Source of the DNA: Candidatus Iainarchaeum sp.
Lineage (GTDB): Archaea > Iainarchaeota > Iainarchaeia > Iainarchaeales > JAFCCJ01
Assembly (NCBI GenBank): GCA_043816965.1
Contig: JBDRHK010000056.1
Location: forward strand, 1 to 22,025
Direction of reading: 5' to 3'
DNA length: 22,025 bases
Position numbers and translations under genes: made by a program. Shown one piece after another: positions 9,706 through 16,010 of this stretch (position 1 is the first letter of the stretch; each line of letters begins with the position of its first letter). A model generated the notes under the pieces. That model was not told where the DNA came from. It saw nothing but the letters and a program-made list of their open reading frames with translations, and searched no databases.

Positions 9706-11283
9706 TTAACACTCCACCAATTCACCGTCAATCCACATTTTATCGCCGATTGCAAAAATAACTCCTCTTGTTTTTGTCCCCCAACAAGCATAGCAAAGCG
9801 CATCAACAAAATCATCACTACCGCCTTCAACATGGTGGAGCTTCATTTTTCCTGCAGCGTTTAACTGGAATTTGAACACCCGAAGCTCATACTGCAGTTT
9901 GTTATGCATTGGGATGGCCAGATTGCCGTCTTCCATTTGCTTTAATAGGTGATTGTAGGCCTCTGCTTTCGAGTCCAGCGTTGGCTTGAAGAATTCAACG
10001 TTCAAACCATCACGTTTCAGGTTTTCACAGGAGTTAATGCTTAATCCAGCATACTCTGAGATAACTTTCTTAAATTTCCAATCTGAATTAATCTGTTTTA
10101 TTCTTTCCTCCTGTATCTTGAAAGGAATATTGTGCATTTCGATTATTGATTCAACTTTTAACTCTTTTTCTTTATTCTTGGAAATAATTACAACAACAGA
10201 GCTGTCTTGTATTCGACCCCAATCAACACCGGCGTAATAGGACTTTCCATCTTCTTTTGGGCAGGTGTTCCGTAAGGTATACTCTCTTGTAACAGATTTT
10301 ATTGTCTCAAGTTTGAAGAAGCTATCAATTGCCTGGGAGAAGTTAGCTTCAATTTCTGTCTCATAGGCAAGACTGCTCATTGTTTTCTTCTGGTCTTCAA
10401 GCCAGTCCTTTGAGATGTACTTATTGATGCCGCTGGGGAGCTTTAATTTGACGTAAATAGGATTATTGTAGGCATCCCACAAAACACCATTGGTTCCCAA
10501 CGGGGATGACATCATTATCAGCGAACCTCGCTTTATTGCCAGCATTGGCTCAGTGGCCTGGATTGTGTCCTCCGTAATTCCATGAGCGACCTCATTCATG
10601 AAAATGTGGGTTACTTCAGTATATCCGCGAATGTATGTTGTGGAAGGTAATGAGTAAACCTCGCTCCCATTGGTGAATTGAATTACTTCCATATTGCTCT
10701 TCTGAACGGAATCGAATAATTCATTGGATTTGGCTATGAAATTCATAATTCTGTTGAATAATAAATCAGATTGTCTTTGTGCAGCAGAAACCAGAAGAAT
10801 TCTTTGGTTGGAATTTACTACTGAAAGCCATAGGGCAAAACAGGCTATGGTAAAGTCTTTTCCAGATTGTCTTCCGAGAACAAATACACATCGCTTATGA
10901 TTCAGCATTAATTTAACCATTTCAAGCTGGTAATCCTGTAATTCAATTCCCAAGACGTCTTTGCAGAATTTGTCTACACCGGTTGTTCCTTTGAACCAGT
11001 TCTTCAGCTGTTCGTCTGTAAAACCGAAATGTGCTTGCTGCGTGCGTACTTCTTCGCCGCGCAACACACGAATTCTTGTGGCTAAATCCTTCTTAGATGC
11101 CTTTAATTCCTCTATTTTTCTGTGTTTTTTCCCGCCTACTAATCGCTTGCTTAATTTATACTTGCTCTTAACCCATTTGATTACAGAATAACTGCAGCCG
11201 AAATACTCGGCAATTTCCTTTAGAGATTCGCCTTCCTTGAGCAGTTCAACAAACCTATCCTTATTAGCCTGAGTCCACTTCAT
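9706..11283 (-). CDS. terL: Terminase large subunit with N-terminal HTH extension
   Basis: Adenine motif LQDYQ, Walker A GRQSGKD, IRG...IFMNE (Walker B), motif III SSP, RNase H-fold nuclease AGVDWG and DDFVDALCYA. N-terminal GESLKEIAEYFGCSYSVIKW is HTH-like. RBS GGTGAGG. Confidence 0.92.
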   Translation of the reverse strand: MKWTQANKDRFVELLKEGESLKEIAEYFGCSYSVIKWVKSKYKLSKRLVGGKKHRKIEELKASKKDLATRIRVLRGEEVRTQQAHFGFTDEQLKNWFKGTTGVDKFCKDVLGIELQDYQLEMVKLMLNHKRCVFVLGRQSGKDFTIACFALWLSVVNSNQRILLVSAAQRQSDLLFNRIMNFIAKSNELFDSVQKSNMEVIQFTNGSEVYSLPSTTYIRGYTEVTHIFMNEVAHGITEDTIQATEPMLAIKRGSLIMMSSPLGTNGVLWDAYNNPIYVKLKLPSGINKYISKDWLEDQKKTMSSLAYETEIEANFSQAIDSFFKLETIKSVTREYTLRNTCPKEDGKSYYAGVDWGRIQDSSVVVIISKNKEKELKVESIIEMHNIPFKIQEERIKQINSDWKFKKVISEYAGLSINSCENLKRDGLNVEFFKPTLDSKAEAYNHLLKQMEDGNLAIPMHNKLQYELRVFKFQLNAAGKMKLHHVEGGSDDFVDALCYACWGTKTRGVIFAIGDKMWIDGELVEC

Positions 11284-11332
11284 AACCTCACCGCCTCACC
11301 CATAAAACTAACCGAACATAGCGCTGGAAACA

Positions 11333-11506
11333 CTATATCTCCTCTCCGTAAAGGTCCCGGAATTCCTCCGCAGCTTTCTTGAGTTGCCTGCTTAGACGTA
11401 GCCTTGTAGCATCCGAAATCCGATTGTTATCAACCGCGCAGAGCAGCGAGGTAATCTTAAGCCGGTGACTGAGCCGGAAGGAAATCGCCTGTTGTTCAGT
11501 AGGCAT
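11333..11506 (-). CDS. 57-aa small protein upstream of terL (not in the ORF track)
   Basis: MPTEQQAISFRLSHRLKITSLLCAVDNNRISDATRLRLSRQLKKAAEEFRDLYGEEI*, with GGAGG RBS upstream of the ATG. Confidence 0.6.
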   Translation of the reverse strand: MPTEQQAISFRLSHRLKITSLLCAVDNNRISDATRLRLSRQLKKAAEEFRDLYGEEI

Positions 11507-11526
11507 ATTCTTGCCTCCAGCTAATT

Positions 11527-11653
11527 ATGTCATGGTTTGTCACCGTGACATCAGTGTATTTATAGAGGTAGAGTAGAATGGGTGTCGTATCTCTATGTTT
11601 TATGGAAAATGTCACCCGTGACAAAGTGTGACATGGGATGACCGCAGATGACA
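11527..11653. repeat. Phased TGTCA/TGACA iteron array in imperfect inverted arms (candidate origin or packaging site)
   Basis: TGTCA at 11528 and 11538; TGAC(A/C) at 11619, 11629, 11639, 11649. Palindromes TGTCAC-C-GTGACA (11538-11550) and TGTCAC-CC-GTGACA (11610-11623). Inner IR ATAGAGGTA/TATCTCTAT. Confidence 0.8.
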
Positions 11654-12763
11654 TTATGCAATCACTCCCCGCTCTATTTTCTCATCTTCATACTTCTTCT
11701 TCCAGCGCTGAATCTGCCTTACGCTCTTGTTGAGTTTCTGCGCGTAGTACTTGTTGGTCTTATCAGAATGCTCCTTAAACAGATTAACAAATTCATTATA
11801 GCTTCCTGCATGCTCCTCATACAGATATTGTTTAAGCAGTGGTTCGGTCCACAACTCCGCCTGTTGTATTAGCACCTCTGAATCAGTTATTTCCAGTGTT
11901 TTTGACTTTGGAACTTCCTTTTCCATTACTTCATGTACTGCAAATCGAAGTATGTCAGAGCTTACTCTTGTTAGGAAGCCTATCTGCAAGTTTTCAAGGT
12001 GTTTGTCGCTCAGTTCTTTCGTTAAGTCTGAGTAGGATTCAATATACTGAGTGTAAGCTTGCTTTTTGATTAATACATGCCTAACAGGAAGCCCAAAGTA
12101 CCTGAGGTCAAACGATTGCTCCCCGCGCAAGGCGTCCATAAGCTCTCCATGTTCCGGGCAGCTGAAGTTAGGCGTGAACCTTGATTTTAAGCCTAATAAA
12201 CTCTGTGGATTCTCCTCAAACAGAGAGTTCACCTTTGGTTTTGGGTAGAACATTGCATAGGCGATGCATGAGAAGTTAACAGTGCCTTCAATACTTCCCC
12301 CGGAAACTGTAAGATTGGTCCATTCGTTCGGAGTTATGGACTCAGGTTCCTTCACAGCAAATCCCAGCTGTCTGTTTATTCTCTGATTCTCCAATACGCC
12401 TAATAATGCCTTGAGTCCGAATTCCCCAAGATTGTTGAACTCATCTACAACTAATATTTTTCCACCTATCTCTGCTGGCAATCCAGGCACATAGGTTTTA
12501 TCCTTGCTTATCGTTCCCAAAATAGCCGGTTTAGTGAGCTCATCCCGGACAACAACGTCATCACCTAGGAGCTCTTCGAGTTTGTGAGTGTAACTGGATT
12601 TTATCGTTCCGAAAGGCTTCACGATAAGCAAATGCATCTGCGGCCTCATTGAAAAATAACCGTTTCCTTGCTCTATCTCGAATGAGGTTAGCTTACGAAG
12701 TGCAGAAACGGTATTTAGTTGCTTGTTCAGCAGACCTACTGTGTTGTCTTCTATCGAATTCAT
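11654..12763 (-). CDS. Minimal MCM-like AAA+ ATPase/helicase with C-terminal HTH
   Basis: MHLLIVKPFGTIKS (MCM Walker A region), GGKILVVDEFNNL (Walker B), ALLGVLENQRI, SCIAYA and KSRF arginine finger. C-terminal KYYAQKLNKSVRQIQRW is HTH-like. Confidence 0.75.
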   Translation of the reverse strand: MNSIEDNTVGLLNKQLNTVSALRKLTSFEIEQGNGYFSMRPQMHLLIVKPFGTIKSSYTHKLEELLGDDVVVRDELTKPAILGTISKDKTYVPGLPAEIGGKILVVDEFNNLGEFGLKALLGVLENQRINRQLGFAVKEPESITPNEWTNLTVSGGSIEGTVNFSCIAYAMFYPKPKVNSLFEENPQSLLGLKSRFTPNFSCPEHGELMDALRGEQSFDLRYFGLPVRHVLIKKQAYTQYIESYSDLTKELSDKHLENLQIGFLTRVSSDILRFAVHEVMEKEVPKSKTLEITDSEVLIQQAELWTEPLLKQYLYEEHAGSYNEFVNLFKEHSDKTNKYYAQKLNKSVRQIQRWKKKYEDEKIERGVIA

Positions 12764-12792
12764 GTTGTTTCACCGAGTAATTTAATCTATTT

Positions 12793-12900
12793 TTATCTGA
12801 TAACGTCAACTGGGCCTCTCATCCTCGTAACTCTCGGTGCACTTTTCGGCACTCTGGTCACAGAGCCAGAAACCCAATCAATTGGTACTAATTTTCTCAT
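12793..12900 (-). CDS. 35-aa basic small protein (not in the ORF track)
   Basis: MRKLVPIDWVSGSVTRVPKSAPRVTRMRGPVDVIR*. The ATG directly follows the RHH stop (TAAATG). Confidence 0.45.
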   Translation of the reverse strand: MRKLVPIDWVSGSVTRVPKSAPRVTRMRGPVDVIR

Positions 12901-13026
12901 TTAATCCCCCAAACGATTCTTTAGAAGCACACGGACAAGGCCGCTAAAGGTATGTCCTCGTGAATCACAATACTCTTTCGCTTTTTGGAGCAAATCCTCG
13001 TTTATGGAAATTTGGACATTTTTCAT
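12901..13026 (-). CDS. Ribbon-helix-helix (CopG-like) regulator, 41 aa
   Basis: MKNVQISINEDLLQKAKEYCDSRGHTFSGLVRVLL fits the RHH pattern. ATG at 13026 lies ~30 bp downstream of a TATA box. Confidence 0.8.
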   Translation of the reverse strand: MKNVQISINEDLLQKAKEYCDSRGHTFSGLVRVLLKNRLGD

Positions 13027-13056
13027 CAAATCACTAATAAGAGTAGAAATAAGGAG

Positions 13057-13095
13057 TATATAAAAGTATACATTTAAATACACATTTGATGTATA
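13057..13095. promoter_or_regulatory. Back-to-back archaeal promoters with candidate operator IR
   Basis: TTTTATATA on the minus strand (13057-13065) and TTTAAATA on the plus strand (13073-13080), each ~30 bp from its ATG. IR TATACAT (13067-13073) / ATGTATA (13089-13095). Confidence 0.6.
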
Positions 13096-13109
13096 TATTA
13101 TTGATTGGT

Positions 13110-13757
13110 ATGAATGCTTTGAATAGTATTTGGGTAAAGAATATTGTATTCTGTCTATTGGATTCTCCTTTAATTCAGAGCCAGATAGCTAAGAAGACTG
13201 GCTATCCCCAACCACCTGTATCAAGGATACTGGAGCAGCTTAAGGATGAAGAAATTCTTGAGCATACTAAGAAGTCAATTGAGAGAAATGAAGGAAAGAA
13301 GAAACCCAGGTTTGCTTGGCAAATTAATTTCAACACCTTGCTAAAGTTTGCTCTTCTGCCTAAAGATATGTCATACGAAGCAAAAAAAGCAGCTTTGTTA
13401 GGAAATGTAAAAAGCTCAAAAATGACATTCGACAAGCCACATTATTACCAAGAACTCCCCGGGAGATTTGAAGAGTACTTAAAGCAAGTTAAAGAAAATG
13501 AAAAAAAGCCAGATAAAGATAAGATGATGAAATTAATTAGAAAGGCAACTTATACTGAAATGACACTTGAAACCATTATTGGTCAGTTTTTGGATTATTA
13601 TGCTCCAGTTATTTTATCAAAGACACTTGAAAGTTCAAAGATGATGGAATCGGATGAACTAAAACTTGAGTTAAAAGAAGCACTTGAGGCAATGAAACTA
13701 AGATTTGTCATGGGTTCTGTAGGAAGCTTAGGACTCAGTTATCCGGTGGAGATTTAA
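13110..13757 (+). CDS. N-terminal winged-HTH transcriptional regulator
   Basis: SPLIQSQIAKKTGYPQPPVSRILEQLKDEEILE wHTH. ATG at 13110 fits a leaderless transcript from the TATA at 13073. Confidence 0.75.
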   Translation: MNALNSIWVKNIVFCLLDSPLIQSQIAKKTGYPQPPVSRILEQLKDEEILEHTKKSIERNEGKKKPRFAWQINFNTLLKFALLPKDMSYEAKKAALLGNVKSSKMTFDKPHYYQELPGRFEEYLKQVKENEKKPDKDKMMKLIRKATYTEMTLETIIGQFLDYYAPVILSKTLESSKMMESDELKLELKEALEAMKLRFVMGSVGSLGLSYPVEI

Positions 13758-13805
13758 TGAGCGATAGCATTTATTTTACAAACAATAAACAAGGAGGTAA
13801 TAAAA

Positions 13806-13907
13806 ATGAATAAAGAAAATCAAAATTCGGGTTCAGATATCCCGGCTGAAAACCATCAAACCTCTAACCTAACCGGTAAGGAGTTCAAATCCCCCACGGT
13901 CCATTAA
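13806..13907 (+). CDS. 33-aa ORF running through the att site; candidate int(N) fragment of a split tyrosine integrase
   Basis: GGAGGT at 13793-13798, ATG at 13806: MNKENQNSGSDIPAENHQTSNLTGKEFKSPTVH*. FKSPTVH is encoded by the tRNA-derived sequence, and the stop follows immediately. Confidence 0.55.
   Translation: MNKENQNSGSDIPAENHQTSNLTGKEFKSPTVH
13883..13903 (+). other. Duplicated tRNA 3' end (attR-like), probably tRNA-Ala
   Basis: G-TTCAAAT (T-loop), CCCCC (T-stem 3' strand), ACGGTCC (acceptor 3' strand, U70) and A73. No 5' half of a tRNA lies upstream. Confidence 0.75.
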
Positions 13908-14188
13908 TCAGCCTTCTTTTTATAGCGCTTGTTGAGAAATAAATAGTCCTTTTCAAGGGCATCTGTGTAGGTAAGGTGCGGGCAATTTTTTTCAAGACAA
14001 ATGTACCGGGGGGCATTTGGGCAGTAATTTGGTTTTCGGGGAGTTCTATAATTTGCATTGTAATGCGGATTTGGGGCCTTTTTGGTTTTGAATTTTTTCA
14101 GGTCAACTACTTCATACCAATATTTATCTTTTTTATCACTCCATTTCCTCGCACAGTAAGCTTCAAGAATTATGTGTGTCCAACCCAC
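13904..14188 (-). CDS. Hypothetical basic protein with Cys cluster
   Basis: 94-aa ORF with GGAGG upstream of a GTG start and YCPNAPRYICLEKNCPH. Its stop abuts the att copy. Confidence 0.6.
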   Translation of the reverse strand: MGWTHIILEAYCARKWSDKKDKYWYEVVDLKKFKTKKAPNPHYNANYRTPRKPNYCPNAPRYICLEKNCPHLTYTDALEKDYLFLNKRYKKKAD

Positions 14189-14204
14189 TGCTTAATCCTC
14201 CAAT

Positions 14205-14519
14205 TTATTTCCAGACTTTTTCAAGGTTTTTGAGCCCTTCTTTGAATTCTTCCTCGCTTAGGGGATTTGCTATATTCCTTTCTTTTAGCTCTTCCATCAT
14301 TTCCCAAATGCCTATTTCTGCATTTTCTGCTGCCTTTCCTATGCTAAGTTTCCCTTCCTGATACTGCTTTATGGCCCTCTCTATCTTGTATTGTTTTGCC
14401 CCTATCCCAAATATCCTTTTCAGGGCGGTGGTTTTATCTGTTTTTTCATCTTTAGCAACCTGCTCTATCAGGGCAGTGTCTTTCTTTTCAAATCTGGCGG
14501 AAACCATTTCTGTTTTCAT
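14205..14519 (-). CDS. UPF0175 family antitoxin-like protein
   Basis: N-terminal RHH-like VSARF, then AIKQYQEGKLSIGKAAENAEIGIWEMMEELKERNI. GGAGG RBS. Confidence 0.85.
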   Translation of the reverse strand: MKTEMVSARFEKKDTALIEQVAKDEKTDKTTALKRIFGIGAKQYKIERAIKQYQEGKLSIGKAAENAEIGIWEMMEELKERNIANPLSEEEFKEGLKNLEKVWK

Positions 14520-15052
14520 TTTTTGCCTCCTTTTATTTTTTCAATTCTATTGAACGCATTGAAAATGAAATCTATTTTATACCTTCCCTCATTCTGGGCA
14601 ACTTTTAATGCCTCCAGTGCCTCTCCTTTTGAGATTTTTTTCCTCTCAGCAAAACCCACAATAATATCCGGAATTGTTGCCCAGTTTATTCCAAACAATT
14701 TTGCCGCGTTTATTGCCTGCCTGTCATCCGCCAGCAAAAGTTTTGCTTTTGTTTGAATGTAAAGATGAATTGCCTGCATTTCACCCTCATCCAGGTTAAG
14801 TTCCCTGAGCCATTTTATTGCTTTTTTGTCTTTCATAGGCAATGTTTTCCCGACAACTATCCTGTTTTCATTGATCGCCTCCTCGATTTTTAATGCATCC
14901 ACTTTGCGTAATTTTTTCCCTTCAATTACTGTTTCTTCAAAAACCTTCTCCGGAATTTCAACTTTAAACTCCTTGCACATTACATTCAGCAATCCTGCCT
15001 TGGCCCCAATAATCAGGGAACTGCTGTCAGACACCACAAGCAATTTTGTCAT
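14516..15052 (-). CDS. PIN-domain protein (DUF3368 / VapC-like toxin)
   Basis: VVSDSSSLI, IPEKVFEE, LDEGEMQAI and LLADDRQA acidic PIN motifs. Confidence 0.85.
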   Translation of the reverse strand: MTKLLVVSDSSSLIIGAKAGLLNVMCKEFKVEIPEKVFEETVIEGKKLRKVDALKIEEAINENRIVVGKTLPMKDKKAIKWLRELNLDEGEMQAIHLYIQTKAKLLLADDRQAINAAKLFGINWATIPDIIVGFAERKKISKGEALEALKVAQNEGRYKIDFIFNAFNRIEKIKGGKK

Positions 15053-15102
15053 ACAATATATTATAACGTAAACAGAATATAAACCTGCTGTTTCCGGGCC
15101 TT

Positions 15103-15135
15103 ATCAATCCAGCATCAATCCAGCATCAATCCAGC
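15103..15135. repeat. Perfect 11-bp tandem repeat x3 (ATCAATCCAGC)
   Basis: Directly visible at 15103, 15114 and 15125, between divergent genes. Confidence 0.9.
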
Positions 15136-15181
15136 CCCTTCGCAAAAGCTATAAATACCAGTTTGGACTTATATTTGGTCA

Positions 15182-15880
15182 ATGATTAGAAAATTATTTT
15201 TAATTGGTTTATTGTTGGCAGCAGTCCTGATTGGCGGATGTACTGAACCACAAATACCTGCTTGTGAAAACTATTGTGAATCTTTAACGCCTGATATCGA
15301 TTGCATTGGCAAATGGATGGCAACAGGAGATTATCCTAATTGTGGTTGTGAATTTGAATGTGATTCTGAATCTTCGGAAGAGTGTAAAAAGGAAGGGGAA
15401 TCAATCCCGGTTATTGCCAACCCCCCTAAATGCTGTGCGGGCTTGGAGCTCATTCCGCCCAAAGAGGCGCAAATCCTTGGCATAAGCGGCTACTGCACGG
15501 CAAAATGCGGAAACGGAATTTGCGATGAAATAGAGAGCGAAAATAACTGCCAGCAGGACTGTGCCGGAGGCGGGCCTGTTCCATACGGGGAATGCGGAGA
15601 CGGCATATGTGAACAGGGGGAAAACACCCCATCATATCCATATTATTGCCCTGAAGATTGCGGAAACGGAATCAGCACATCGCCCTGCGACACCAAGGAT
15701 TACTGTGAAATTGATAGTGATTGCGAATATGTGTGGTTTACCGGCGGTTGTTTTGATCCGCACAAGGTTGGGGAGTGCATGCAGGAATTAATTGATTCTG
15801 GAATGCGCCCTGGGGAAGCAGAGCCAAGGGACGGAGTTACTTGCACTTGTGAAAACAATAAATGCATAACTCATGGCTGA
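15182..15880 (+). CDS. Cys-rich secreted lipoprotein
   Basis: Lipobox-like LIGGC and repeats CGNGICDEIESENNCQQDC / CGDGICEQGE...CPEDC. Confidence 0.8.
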   Translation: MIRKLFLIGLLLAAVLIGGCTEPQIPACENYCESLTPDIDCIGKWMATGDYPNCGCEFECDSESSEECKKEGESIPVIANPPKCCAGLELIPPKEAQILGISGYCTAKCGNGICDEIESENNCQQDCAGGGPVPYGECGDGICEQGENTPSYPYYCPEDCGNGISTSPCDTKDYCEIDSDCEYVWFTGGCFDPHKVGECMQELIDSGMRPGEAEPRDGVTCTCENNKCITHG

Positions 15881-16010
15881 ATTATTCGCCCCTTCGCTTC
15901 AAATAAATTGTCTCAATTTTTTATAATAGATTTTTAACTCTTTCCCAAGTTAATCGAATTATGCTTTCTGCTTTTTCGGCAGAATAGATATTGCCTTTTG
16001 GTGGGGAATT

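Larger units (their letters stand above)
1..13903. mobile_element. Integrated provirus-like or satellite element (right part; left end outside the window or undefined)
   Basis: Contains TerL, an MCM-like ATPase, a divergent regulator pair and AT-rich cargo, and ends at a tRNA 3'-end copy (att-like) at 13883-13903. Including 1-9364 in the element is inferred. Confidence 0.65.

Noticed and set aside
9705..9833. 43-aa N-terminal extension of the four-helix ORF in the ORF track
   Set aside because: It overlaps terL. The family homology and RBS begin at ATG 9704.
11527..11653. CRISPR array interpretation of the repeats (also 15103-15135)
   Set aside because: Units are 5-11 bp without unique spacers of CRISPR length, and there are no cas genes.
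13820..13903. Complete tRNA gene, or a second T-arm at CGGGTTCAGATATCCCG
   Set aside because: No D arm, anticodon arm or 5' acceptor strand. The upstream hairpin has the wrong loop length and lies in the small ORF.
15134..15897. 10-bp direct repeat GCCCCTTCGC flanking the Cys-rich lipoprotein gene
   Set aside because: Too short to distinguish from chance, with no transposase or terminal IRs.
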